Assembly: GCF_018977255.1 (NCBI RefSeq)
Contig: NW_024704742.1
Span: forward strand, 86,740,001-86,804,000
Direction of reading: 5' to 3'
Source: Callorhinchus milii
Lineage: Eukaryota
Length of the DNA stretch: 64,000 nt
Below are positions 40,470 to 53,123 of the stretch, one piece after another (the stretch's first letter is position 1; each line of letters opens with the position of its first letter). Under the pieces are notes generated by a model. The model did no database searches, had not been told where the DNA came from, and worked only from the letters and a program-made list of their open reading frames with translations. The translations under genes and the position numbers were made by a program.

Positions 40470-41930
40470 TTCAATCTTCTAATCTAACTCCAGCTAATAA
40501 CCTGACCCTGCCTTATCCCCATATCCCTTAATCCCTTTTGCAATAAGAAATCTATCTATCTCAGTCTTGAATATGTTCAAGGACTGAGCGTCAACATCCC
40601 TTTGGGGTAGTGAGTTCCATACATTCACCACCCTTTGAGTGAAGAAGTTCTTCCTCAACTCAGTGCGAAAGGGTTGGCCTCTGATTTTAAGGTTGTGACC
40701 CCTGGTTTTAGTTTCTTCAACCAGGGGAAACAATATCCCACTATCTACTCTCATGCCCTTTGATGATCTTAAAGGTTTCTATAAGATCCCCTCTAATTCT
40801 TCTATATTCTAGAGAATATAGGCCCAAATTGGTCAGCCTATCCTCGTAACTCATCCCCTTCATCCCTGGTACTAACCTAGTAAATCTACGCTGCACCCCT
40901 CCAAGGCAAGTACATCCTTCCTTAAATAAGGAGACCAAAACTGGACACAGTATTCCAGGTGTGGTCTCACCAGGGCCCTATACAGTTGCAGCAAGACTTC
41001 CCTACTCTTATACTCTAATCCTTTCATAATGAATGCTAACATACCGTTCGCCTTCCTAATTGCTGCTGCCCCTGCAGACTAACTCTCTGTGATTGGTGTA
41101 CAAGGACCCCCAAGTCCCTCTGGACACTAACACATTCCAATCTCTCCCCTTCTAAAAAATAACCCGCTCTACTGTTTTTGCTACCCAGGTGGATGACTTC
41201 GCACTTCCCTACATTATACTTCATCTGCCACCTACCTGCCCAATCACCTAACCTATCTATGTCTCGCTGCATTTTTTTAATGTCATCCTCTGTGTTGACA
41301 CCTCCTCCTAGTTTTGTGTCATCTGCGAATTTAGATATATTAACTTTGATGTCCTGATCTAGATCGTTGATGTAGATGGTAAATAGCTGAGGCCCAAGGA
41401 CTGATCCTTGTGGCACTCCACTAGTCACATCCCGCCAATCTGAAAAGGACCCATTTATCCCTCTTCTTTGTTTCGTACACGTTAACCATTCCCCAATCCA
41501 CGTTACTATGCTCCCCCCAATTCCATGGGCCCCTTTCTTTTGGACTAACCTATTATGCGGCACCTTATCGAATGCCTTCTGGAAGTCCAAATATACCACT
41601 GATCCACCCTTATCTAGTTTACTCGAAATATCCTCAAAAAATTCTATGAGATTTGTCAAACATGACTTCCCTTTTGTAAAGCCATGTTGACTTGGCCTAA
41701 TTATATTGTGTTCCCCTAAATACTGTAATACCACATCCTTAATCAACGATTCTAAAAATTTTCCTATCACTGATGTGAGACTAACTGGCCTACAGTTCCC
41801 CATCTTTTCCTTTCCACCTTTTTTAAATAGTGGTGTGACATTTGCGATCTTCTAATCCATGGGGACTGTTCCAGAATCCAAGGAATTTTGGAAGATCAGA
41901 CACAAGGCCTCCACTATCTCATAAGCTAAC
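40470..41930 (-). mobile_element. CR1 LINE ORF2 3' ~1.45 kb
   Basis: RPVSLTSVIGKFLE, SQHGFTKGKSCLTNL, YLDFQKAFDKVPH, SGVPQGSVLGP, FADDTKL; frameshifted. Confidence 0.95.
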
Positions 41931-42834
41931 TCAGCTGTCCTAACTCAAAGCCCACACCCGCACACCTTCCAGCAGCAGTCTCTGGGAACCTTGAGTGATT
42001 TTTCCTTCTCTAAAGCAGGTGGCACTTTAGCACCCCAACTGAGATGAGTGAGCGTCTCATCAATGTGCCCCAGTGGTATATGTGGTCGTGCTTTTACCCA
42101 CGAGACCATTGGGGGAGCTGCAGTTCAATTTTTTTCCTCACTGGAGTAACAAACAGAAATTGAAACGCAAGTTTTGTTTTTAAAAGACACAAAGAAATGT
42201 GAAGCATAACAAACCTCGTTGGGAAAATCCTAGGTACAAGGACAGGTTTCCAACTTTTAGGAATAAGCTATTGATACATACTGGTTATGTGACTACGGGT
42301 AATTAATGAGTGAGTAAATGGGACAGGCTATAGGCAAAATTGCTAGGTCAGCCAAGATCACTGGGTGCACTGAAGCTTAAGAAACTTGCACTTAACTGAA
42401 ATGCAGTGCAATCTAAATGAATGGATGGAGAAAAGGAGGAATTAAGACACAATGCAAAAAACTTACTCTTATCCAACTTTCTCTTAAGACGAGCAGCCTG
42501 TAATTCTTCTTAAATGCTGTCGTCGTTTGCAACACAAACGTGTTAATTGCTGACTAGAACAGCTCAACTTCTAACTGAGATATTAAAAAGAACTGCTACA
42601 TCAAACTTTTATCTAAAACTAATATGCGGTCATTTCCCTTCATTTAAATAACGATGACAATGGGATCGGTTAAGACCATTTACTGATTTAAATTATGGTA
42701 CGAGCCATTTTAAAATGTTATTCAAGTTTTCAGGATTATCTCACAGTCACGTGTCATTAATGTTAATGCGCAGACAAATTGGCCCTCAAGGTTTTGAATG
42801 AATTTAGCAAACTCTTAGAACTTCAAATACGGAC

Positions 42835-42935
42835 CTTTCCTTCTGAAACCCACACAGCCGATTCTTGATGGTTATTGACCAAATCCTTAAGCATTCCATA
42901 CCACCCGTCATTGGCAGAATTCAGATCAATGATCT
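42835..42935 (-). CDS. TJP2: TJP2 exon, GUK end ([34 protein letters not shown])
   Basis: tttag|AG acceptor, AAG|gtccgt donor, 101 nt. Confidence 0.94.
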
Positions 42936-43655
42936 CTAAAGGAGGACAAGAGAAAAATGGTCATTAACATAAGTTTTGAAATTCTATTTTTGCAATGCTC
43001 TCGAAATCGTAGTCCAGTGCTAGGGGCGTGCTACACTGTCTAACATGCAGTCCTTCAGATGAGGCATTAAAACTGAGCTCCCATATGCCTTTTGGACGTT
43101 AAAGATTCCATTTTCTCCCCTCCCCTCTGCAGGCATTGGATTGATTTTACCTTCTACTGCAGTATGGCTGACACTCTGACTTGTACCTTGCCTAAGTGGC
43201 CATTATGACAGTGAGATGCCATTCGACTGCTGCAGGATCACAAATAAACACAATCCCATCCTCACTTGTGTACTTGCTAGCAGCGGCACACACTGGACAG
43301 CATTAAGGAGTGGAAACAAATGCTGGTTAATTCTGCCCTCCCTATATTAGGAGTCAACTACCCAATTCTAACTGAGAAATTTACAGCACCGAAAGAGGCC
43401 ACTGTGCCAGATGAGCCAAGCTGACAGCAAAGCTGTTCTTGGTTCCTATTACAGCATTGTCTTCAAATAGTTTACAGTAATTTCTGTGAAGCTTGTTTCG
43501 ATGATGTGTTAAAGTATTGCACCAATTGCAAGAATGGCATTGCTACATTACCTCACCAAATAGATTACTGTGGCAAGATAAAGAAAGGGAGAGAAGAGAA
43601 AGGGCATTGAATCTGATAAAGATCTGTAATCTATCAGTGAATTACAGTTTCTTAC

Positions 43656-43866
43656 CTGTAAAAAGATGAGTACAAGTTTTCTTTAGCTTGATAGCCTGCT
43701 CATGAAGTTTTCGGGAGCTCTTAGTAGAATTTGGAGTCAGTCTCTGCCTCATTGTTTTAACTCCTTGTTTGTTGTCTGGGTTAAAGAAGATCACAATCGG
43801 GTACCACTGAGTATAGTTCAGTAGATCCACAGCCTTGGGCGTTACATCCAGTAGAGCATGTTTATC
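43656..43866 (-). CDS. TJP2: TJP2 exon, GUK ([31 protein letters not shown]...KTCTHLFT)
   Basis: gacag|GAT acceptor, G|gtaaga donor, 211 nt. Confidence 0.96.
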
Positions 43867-45650
43867 CTGTCCAGGCACAAAAACCCAAGAGGAAATCAGA
43901 AGTGCATCACAGAGAAAGACAAGTGCATTAATTCCCCCAGGAAAAGTGTTCCAGTGAGTCAGGGTCATTGTAAAAGAAGGAAATTCATCAGTGAAAAGGC
44001 AGAGAGGCTAATGAAGAAAAACATGCAACCTAATTAAAAAAATCCTACAGCTTCCTTAATTGACCAGCTACTTTTAATTTTTAAGCCTTTGATGTTCACT
44101 GAATTGCAATAAATTTAACTCAAAAAATTGTTGTTTCTGAGCTGCAAGATCTAAAATTCTGTTGCACTGTTATACAGCGAATGTGTTCAATTGAATCCTG
44201 TCGACATACCGTAACAGATTAATCTGGATTTCTGAGTCTCATTTGGTTCCACCCTTTTTTTTGCACAAGCAAATGCTTACATTTAAAAGTGTATAATTGC
44301 ATTTGAATAAATATCTCACCCACACACACTCCGTCCTTAGTTCTACTTGTATAAATATCATGTAGTATCCAGCCATTCTCTTGATAATTGAACACTTACG
44401 AAAGCATTTACAAGAAAACATTCAATGCATTTCTCCGTTAGAATAAATACAGCGAACAGAATCCTGTGACACGCAAAGTAGTTTATAACCAGATTTGCAT
44501 CCAACAGGATTAGGTAATCACCGGCAGTAGTGAAGCATCAGATATTTTATTTAAATCTAGCGAGTGGCTGATCCAACACTTCACACAGTTAAACTTGCTG
44601 AGCCAACAGGCAGCTCATTATTCTGGTGTGTAGCAGGACACTCAGTCCATTGTGTTAAGAGTGCTCTCTATGAACCAAATGATAAATAATTTCCTTTGGG
44701 TATTCAATGTAAGAGTCTTGATTTTAAATCTGGAATAATGTGTTGCTGTTTAGTTCCCTCTTATCAAGATCCAAAAACTTTGAAAAGGGTCGACAATACA
44801 GCTTTTCATCTGCTGCACTCAACTTGCTGGTAAGAGTTCAATTGCAGGCAAGTTGTTGACAACTGCAAAAATAACTTGTCAACTGGGTTTACTTTAGGAA
44901 CAAACTGAACTTTGAACAATATTTGTTCCTGTCATGTGTGCTCATTAAAAACAGAATTGCTTTTTTTTAATATAGACAAAAATGCAAACAGCCGTGTCCC
45001 AGAGTAACATGTGCTTCCTCCTCGCCTTCCCTCCTCTCCCACTTACAGATTGTTTACTTCAGTTAAAATTCCAGTGGTTTTTATAAAATGGGCAAATGGA
45101 ATTAGTGATACAAATTCCAACAAGTCCAGTTTTAGATCAGATTGTTTTATAGATGTACTAGTAAGGGAAAATGTTTTCAGTTGAACAAATGCCAGCCCAA
45201 TTGTGCATGTCAAGCAAATGCCTCCTTAAAACCTAATATAGCAGTGTAAGAAGAGGAATTAGCCGAAATCATGGAAAACTATGTTGAACACTAGAAGTCA
45301 CAGACACAACAATAATTAGAATGGAACCTCTCACAGGTTGCTCCTTCCCCTGAGATGGATCGTTACTTACACAAATATAAAAGGTATTTTTTTTTAAATG
45401 AAGGCAGTTGGCATAGACAGTGACTTGTACACAAATAATTATGTAATCTGTGAACTCTTGTATGGTTCTTGGATGTAATGGTTGGACATTTTAAGAAAGC
45501 AAGTTTTTCTCCCTGAAACCAGGCATAAATTCAAACATAGGTTTTAAAATAACAAAGTAATTCAGGGGTCTGTTTCAGAGAAAAACTGCAAGAGAAGAGT
45601 TCACTGACCAAGTATTGGAGTGAAAATGCAAAGTCTTGCCACTATCTTAC

Positions 45651-45730
45651 CTCTTCAATGATTTGCCGGACTGTGTTCAGTCTGACCACACCAGTCGTCT
45701 TTTCTGCACCTGCATCTCTGGGCTCAGTTT
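45651..45730 (-). CDS. TJP2: TJP2 exon, GUK ([27 protein letters not shown])
   Basis: ttcag|AA acceptor, GAG|gtaaga donor, 80 nt, after a 108-nt intron. Confidence 0.95.
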
Positions 45731-45838
45731 CTGAAGTTTAAGAAGTAAAACACAGATGAACTGTAAATGAATGCTCTGCTAATGTGTTAGGTTGAGCACA
45801 GATGACCATCAGGAACATTTGTTTGAACGGTTACTTAC

Positions 45839-45934
45839 TAGCAGGTTTATAAGAATCAGGCAATTCCTTCGCCAACTTATCCATTGCCACATCTGCTATA
45901 GGTCCAAAGAGCACCACAGGTCTTTTAAAGCCAG
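45839..45934 (-). CDS. TJP2: TJP2 exon, GUK ([32 protein letters not shown])
   Basis: tgtag|CT acceptor, A|gtaagt donor, 96 nt. Confidence 0.95.
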
Positions 45935-46852
45935 CTACAAAAGGAAGGGTGGAGGAAGGGAAGCAATGTAAATAGTTTGTAGTTACACTACTAAAACATC
46001 ATTGCAATTATATAATAGTTAAATAATAATCAAATAAAAAGTCAATTCACTTTACAATATATTCCGTGAAGCGCTTTGAGAGGTCTTGAAGACCTGATAA
46101 GGATCTGGATCAAATGCAAGAATTATTATTGCAAACAGAACTATTTAAATCACATTAAACTTTGTAATAAGGTTATTTCAAGCAAAGGTTCCTTAGTTGG
46201 TTACAATTTTTGAAGAGCAACACATTTGCTTCAGAAAGAGTAGAAAAATATCAATATTATACATACACACCAACAATTAACATTTATACTGCGCCCTTCA
46301 TGTGGGGTAGCATCTTGAAGATCTTAAATACACCTGTTAAACTCGGAAAATGATCGTTGGTAACTTGGTGAGTAAACAGATTCTTCAGTGTGGCACTGAG
46401 CTACACGGAGTAAGGTTTCAGGATCAGGGTGGGGGAAAGGGAAGTAATGAAAACAGTTTGTAGTTACACTACTAAAGCATCATTGCAATTGTATAATAGT
46501 TAAATAATAATCAAATAAAAAAAGTCAAATTATGCATTTGTTAAGTGCTTGAAGATGCTACCCCATGGGAAAGCCGCTAAATAAATTCAAGCTGTTGTAT
46601 TAGCTGATCTCTGCTGGGGTAGTGCAGGGTGGAGATCACGTAGTACACTTCAGCACCACAGGGCTGCGACAAAGAGGGGTTAAGGAAGAGGAATGAGTAC
46701 AAACAAAATCAAGTAGTGTTCCTCTCTCTTGTGCATTATCTTAGGGCATTTCGCCCCAAAAATATACAGGCAATTAACTTTACAGAATATTCTGTGAAGC
46801 GCTTGGAGACACTGCAAAGACGTGATAACACTCTATATCAAATGCAAGGATT

Positions 46853-47232
46853 GGTGATCCCTGTAGCTTATTGGTTAGAGCACTCGTCTCGCAAACGAGA
46901 GGACCTGGGTTTGATTCCGGGCAGGGTGAAACGTTGGGCAAGTTTCCTGACTCCACATGCCTCTGTTCACCTAGCAGTAAGTAGGAACCCAGATGTTAGT
47001 CGACTGCAGATCGCTTTTCCAGGGGTAATAATCCCTTTAAAAATAAATAAATAATAATATGGTTGCTCAATCCATGACTGTTTGTGGGACATTGCTATGT
47101 GCAATTGGCTGCCGGGTTTCGCCCATAAAAATACAGTCAATTCACTTTACAGAATATTCTGTGAAGCGCTTTGAGATGCCTCGAAGATGTGATAAGGCTC
47201 TATATCAAATGCAAGGATTATTATTATTATAA
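46853..47232 (+). mobile_element. Full-length long-form tRNA-SINE, preceded by another SINE tail (46750-46852)
   Basis: cctgtagcttattggttagagc head to (att)n tail. Confidence 0.88.
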
Positions 47233-47989
47233 TTCATTCACCAATGAAAAATGGGAGTGCAGATGTCAGCTTTATGATAACAAAAACACAATCAGGCGCT
47301 CCACATAAGTCAGGAAATAGCAGCGACTCAGTAATCAAGGCGTTGCCATTGGGATTGTGAAGGCAAATACCACTGCCTAAGATTTTTCCTTTTTCCTTCA
47401 AGAAATACTGCTCCATTAGTTAAATATAGCACTGAGTTTCGCCCACTTAGGACAGAAGTAAAAGCAAGTGCATCTTTTTCAGCTCTTGCTAAAAATAAGA
47501 GTGCCGTTAAAGTAGAGCATGGAAAGCCACCGATATTATTATAGAAATAGGGGAGATAGCTATCCTCAGTCAACAACAACAAGATTCCATTTATAGAGCG
47601 CCTTTCACGTCGGGAGGATGTCCCAAGGCGCTGGAGCAAGAATGACAAGCCAAGATTGAAAACTTAAATGTATCAGATTTCACCAATTGTGCAACTTATT
47701 TTGACTGAATCTACAACCCTAAATTTTAAACATTTTACATATGCCAAAACAATTTGAGATTTCTACAACTTCCCTGGGCAAAATTCTCTCCTCTCTCCCC
47801 CCATCCCCTCCCCACTAATTCATTCCTACTGGGACAGCCATGCCCAAATTAGCTCCCGTGGTCACCGATAAAAATACACTTTATAGTCAATCCTGTGAAA
47901 TGTGTTGAGGTGTCCCCCAACGTGAAAGGTGCTATATCAAACGCAAGGATTATTTGTTTCATTCCCTATGTGACTGGGTATCCTACAAT

Positions 47990-48270
47990 ACATCCATTAG
48001 CTGGTTATTCTTCACACGAACCTCCTCCCCATTGTAATTCTGCACATTTTAGCGTAGTCAGCAGATTACCAATTAGTTGGGGTATTGCACCGGGTCCAAT
48101 TCTGCCTTTATCCGTTGTTCCTAGAAACGTTCCCGGATATAGATCTGGAGCGGGAAATGTGACTAATTTTTGTCATCTTCAAAACAGGGGTGACAAAGCC
48201 AATTGTAGCATCATAACTGAGATCAACAAACTCAGCACTGAGCTGGGCAGGATTGAGAGCTACATTAAGC
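47990..48270 (-). mobile_element. Old tRNA-SINE relic, probably Nin-domain/AmnSINE2-like (similar relics at ~40340-42120, 43120-43420, 46360-46700, 60330-61170, 62715-63065)
   Basis: Shared motifs gccaattgtagc...ctgagatca and gctgatctc/tacaattggcctcagtgccc recur among these loci; family name from memory only. Confidence 0.45.
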
Positions 48271-48589
48271 GGCGGGATTGAGAGAGGTTTTGGGAAGGCA
48301 AGAGTGGGCAGTGTGTGTTGTGTGTGTGTGGGGGGTGTGTGTGTGTGTGAGGGAGCATATCTAATGTCGAGTCCTGTAGCATAGTGGTTATTATCCATCT
48401 TGTATGGTTTAGTGCTGTTGGACTAGTCACTACCTTTACCTAAGCAGGTCTTGGAGGGAGCTCTTATTCTGTCAGAATTATAAGGAATTTGTCAAAATTT
48501 AAATTCATTATTTAAATTTAATAATTTTTCTAAGATTATTCCTGTTCAAAACACAAACACAAAACTGAACTGAACTATACCATTAGCCT

Positions 48590-50033
48590 GCTTCCGCTTT
48601 TTCCTCTCCTTTCACATCCCCACTTCCAAACTCTCCACCATTTTTTTCCGCCCCTGGAAAAAGCTTTCCCCTCTCCCCCCCACCCGAGTCTCTCACAAAT
48701 GCTCTCACTTCCTCGGACCTCCTCTCTCTCTGGACCTCCATCAAGCTGCTGGATGACTGTCTCTCCACAACCTTTAATTTCCTGGCTCCCCTGAAATTCA
48801 GGGTTGTTTCCAAACCTACCCGCTCCCCCGGTACAACAGTCATCTCTGCTCACCAAAACACAAACCAGGATGCTCAAGTAAAGATGGCAGAATTCCAGCC
48901 TCATGATTCACCGCCAGCTGTGGCTCAAGCACCACCGCACCTACCCCTCTCCCTTTCACAAGCCAAAACTGACTTTTACCCCAAAGTCATCCTGGAGGCA
49001 AAACAACAACCCAAAGACGCTATCTTCTACTGTCCATCATCTCCTTTGTGCACCCATTCTAGCTCCCTCCATCCTGGACATCCTAAGAGGTCCTAGACTT
49101 CTTCCCCTCAAAGATTGAAAACATCCATTTGGTTGCATCGTTCTCCCCCCACCTCACGTCCCCTTCCACTTCACCCAGACCGACCACACCACTTTCTCCC
49201 TCCACCACAGCTCCTGCCACTCCCCTTTCCTTACACTCCTTTGCCCCATTTCTCCCTCCTCCCTCTCAACCACAATCACCTCCATGAAGTTTACCACCTG
49301 CTGCCTTGACCACCTGCTTCCTGGGCTCTCCCTCAGACTCACTGAACCAATGCGCAATCTAGGCATCCGGTTGGACCCCCAGCTATCCTTCCTCCCCCAC
49401 ATCTGGTCCCTGACAAGGACCACCTTCCTTTGCCCCATTGCCCACCTCCAACCGTACCTTACCCCAAATGCAGCCGAAACCCTTGTGCATGTGTTTGTTA
49501 CCTCCTGTCTGGATTACTCCAATGCACTCCTCGCCAATCTCCCCAGCTCCAGTATTCAAAAAATCCAGCTCATTCAGAATTCTACTGCCCGCATACTTAC
49601 CCGGACCAAACTCCGTACCCACGTCTCACCAGTTCTGGCCAGGCTCCGCATCAACGAACGGATCGACTTCAAGATCGTCACACTCGTGTTCAAATCCCTT
49701 CACTCTCCGGCACCTCCCTACCTCTCCACTCTACCACCTGGTGCCTCTGCTCAACTGGCATAGGCCTCCTGCGTGTCCCTCGCACAATCCATTCCACCAT
49801 TGGAGGTCGCGCTTTCAGCCACTACGCCCCGAAACTCTGGAACCCTCTCCCTCAATCCCTCTGCTTTGCCCCCTCTCTCCCCTTTTTCAAGTCGCTCCTG
49901 AAATCCTTCCTTTTCGACCTTGCTTACAGTCACCTCCCTCCCCCCCAGCTGAGTCAGGCTCCGCCACTGTTAAGCGCTCTGAGAACCTACCCTGCGTGGA
50001 GGGCGCTATATATAGTGCAAGTTGTTGTTGTTG
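48590..50033 (+). mobile_element. L2 element, internally deleted, tail abutting a TJP2 donor site
   Basis: MRNLGIRLDPQLSFLPHI...TSCLDYSNALL; (gtt)n tail ends at 50033. Confidence 0.88.
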
Positions 50034-50038
50034 CTTAC

Positions 50039-50223
50039 CTTCCCTAAGAACCACCTTCTCGTATGCTGGGAATTTCGTGCTGACTGGTATAGCGGTGAGA
50101 TCCTCACGACTCTTGCGAAGATTCTTTTTCATTGCAGCCCTTTGGCCCCGTGAGCGCCAGAAGTCTCCTCTGTCATTCGTGTTTGTCTTCTGGACATTTT
50201 GAATATTGGCCATCTGGTCAGCT
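50039..50223 (-). CDS. TJP2: TJP2 exon, SH3-GUK linker/U5 (RADQMANIQN...DFWRSRGQR...KFPAYEKVVLRE)
   Basis: gtcag|A acceptor, G|gtaagc donor, 185 nt. Confidence 0.96.
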
Positions 50224-50374
50224 CTGACAAGAAATCATAAAGAGGTCAGCTTCAGTTGCACTAACTTTTAAAAATCTTCAAAGTTTAGGCTTTTTCAATG
50301 GCTGCAGTAGTTGCAATGTTACAGCATGTAACATTCAGCCTAACTAGTTCATAATAGCGTTTATGCTCCACATG

Positions 50375-50692
50375 AGCCTCAACCCCTCCTGATGCTCTCT
50401 CCCATCCGTCTTTAACGTACATAGATATTCTTGGGCTCATGGAAACCCGCCTGCCCCCCAGTGACCCCAACCCCCTCACCAAAGCCTCCTCACCTAGCAA
50501 CACCTTCCACCACACCCCCAACCAACTTGGCAACAAGGTGGCCTCATCTCCCAAACCTCTCTTGATTTATCTCGCTATTCCTCTGCCTCCTTCCCCTGCT
50601 ATGAGCACCTCATTCTGTACCATCCCTCCCTTTTCAAAGCACTCCAACTTGGTGCCCACATGAAGGGCTCTAGATAAATGCAAGTTGTTGTT
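50375..50692 (+). mobile_element. L2 endonuclease-like fragment joined to an L2 tail
   Basis: gatattcttgggctcatggaaacc (degenerate DILxLTETWL motif) ... aaatgcaagttgttgtt. Confidence 0.55.
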
Positions 50693-51416
50693 ATGTACTC
50701 CCTTTAAAGTCATATTTCAGGCAACAAAAAATATTTAGGAATTTTCTTTTTAAAACAAAGTCGCTCCCACTTCCAAAATGCCTCACACAATCACAGGCAA
50801 CTACTCCAAAGAACACAACTGATAATGGCCCTGAAGAAAAATTGTGAAAAAGTAACATGTGAACTCAAACAGAGGAAAAACATGTTATAAAACCAAAATA
50901 AAAATATGCATGTGTCAACTGGTACAATGTGAATCCCAACAAGAGGTGGGATCCCTATCTAATGAGCCCAACTCTTCCCAAAATGTGATCCTATATACCA
51001 CAGTAACAAATATACATTTGTATGGTGTCTTTCGCAACAGAAGACCGCCGAAGATGCAACCAGAGATTTTGAGATGGACCTTGAAGGAGTCGAGGAAGGG
51101 GCGAGTCTAAGGGACTCTGGGTTGGAAACACACACATCTTTATTAATAAATCAGGGACAAAATATTTTGTAGAGGATAAACTGGAATAAAACCCTTTATG
51201 GAATAATTTTAAACTATTTTGTTCCCTTTTATTTGTGTACTTTTGAATGGATATTTCTAAAGGAGACAATTGTGTACTGCAAGTAGCTTGGTGTCTCTGG
51301 TTATCATCAGCGAGTTAGCTCAGGAATATTGAAACCTCCTGCAGGCTTTCAGGTCTCTTCTGCAGTACAGTGTGGAAAATCTACAGGTCAGATTTCAGAT
51401 TTCATTGTGCTTTCAC

Positions 51417-51639
51417 CTGCTTTTATTTGGAATAATGCCCTTCTCCATCTGTTTCATGTTATCACGTCCAATTCGTACTGCCAACCAGTTCCCCAGTTTG
51501 CCATTGTATAATGTATCCAAAACCTTGAAGACTTCTCCTCTGGCAAAGTTCAGACTTTGTGGACTTTCTTTCTCATACTCAAAATGTGTCCTTATGAAGA
51601 ATGAATCCCCTCGGCCAGACTCGATAATTTCTTTGTACA
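51417..51639 (-). CDS. TJP2: TJP2 exon, SH3 ([30 protein letters not shown]...EKGIIPNKS)
   Basis: tttag|TG acceptor, AG|gtgaaa donor, 223 nt. Confidence 0.96.
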
Positions 51640-51789
51640 CTAAAAGAAGACAAAACACATTTTAATAGTAACTATAGATTTCAGTTTCCCTGGTTGCCAT
51701 AGTCTCTTTTCTTACACATTGGAATACAATCAGGGACAGTTGCACATTCATGTTGCTGACAAGTGAAGAAATGCGGACTAACATGGAAA

Positions 51790-51976
51790 AAAATACAGCC
51801 GCTCAAACAGTCGTAGATTGAAAATGACCAATTTATTATTATTTTTTGTTTTGGAGGGATTATCATTAGGCGTGTGGAGTAAGGAAACTTGCCCAAGGTT
51901 TCGCCCTCTGCCTGGAATTGAACTCGGGTCTCTCACTTGCAAAGCGAGTGTTCTAACCACTGAGCTACAGGACTCC
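51790..51976 (-). mobile_element. Short-form tRNA-SINE 5' half
   Basis: ggagtcctgtagctcagtggttagaac head on the minus strand. Confidence 0.88.
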
Positions 51977-53014
51977 ACATACAAGAGAGAGAGAGAGAGA
52001 GGGGGTTAAGTCTGAGGGACTCCAGGGAAGGGAAGATCTGGAACTGTGTGTAGTGGCAAAGAGGAAAAAGAGAGAAAGACAAAAGGGCTAACCATGTGTT
52101 ACTATAGTGACAATATAAATCCTGATAGAAGAAAGAGTTTAGTCAACATTTTTGGTCAACTGTACTGCGTGAGCTGACCAGACACTCGCACATTTTTTTA
52201 TATCCGCAACCCAGTGCCCAGTGACAAACTATATGATTATCAGACTTTCTAATGTACAGTGAAAGCTTCCTCTACAATAGTTGCTTTCTTACTTATTATT
52301 TTTCCTTTACACATTTAATTTTATGAAAGGCACTCCATAAGCTCATGTTTTTGCTCTTTAGAGTGTTTTGCTGAAAATGTGAATAAAGCCTGGAACCCCT
52401 GGAGCTACAAGCAACCAAAGGGTTAAAATACAAGACATAAAAGTTCCAGGCATTTATTGGCACGTCGCACATCCTCAGAAATGCAGCTCTTACCTCCTAT
52501 ATTCAAAGTACTTATTTTTAAAATAAAATCACCTTTTAATCTCCAAATATTTCATTCAAGCAACATTTCTATAAAGCCCTGAACAACCTCCATGCAATAA
52601 AGCAGCCACAGACAGGCTTGCTTGCGGGTTTACAATTTTAAATTGGTCAAAGTAAGAAATCACCAAATCTTCCCAAAATCAAGGAAAATTAACTATCATT
52701 AAATATTCCCCCCCTCCACCCCGATTTTGACCTACAAAAATGTCCAATTTTTAAGTCAAAATATCACCAAGGGTGACACTTGCTGCGTGTGTGTGAAACA
52801 TACAAAGTAATGTCAGAGATGCTGTCTAAGTAGCGAGCAGGAAGCAGTGTCTGACGACCTTATGACTATTTTTGTGGTTGAAAAGAGCTAAAAGTTGAAA
52901 GAAAATCTTTTGAAAAAAGTAAACTAGATATTGATATCATTTTTTTAAAATCTAATAAAAGCCACAACAACCAACATAATAGACTTCAGCAAGTATTGTT
53001 GACTAATTACATAC

Positions 53015-53123
53015 CATCAAGTTTACTCTGCGCTAGGATAATCACATCTTCACCTCGAGGGATTTCTAAAAGGAATAGAACTGCTTCTTCCCGCACAATA
53101 CTACGGAAATCCATGGCATTGAC
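53015..53123 (-). CDS. TJP2: TJP2 exon, PDZ3 C-half ([36 protein letters not shown])
   Basis: ccag|GTC acceptor, G|gtatgt donor, 109 nt. Confidence 0.95.

Noticed and set aside
41036..41803. 255-aa reverse-transcriptase ORF (likewise 746-1249, 1459-1959, 10007-10651)
   Set aside because: Truncated, frameshifted CR1/L2 ORF2 fragments; no full-length element and no sign of domestication.
47895..48281. 128-aa antisense ORF in a TJP2 intron
   Set aside because: Starts in a SINE tail and overlaps an old SINE relic; no recognisable domain.
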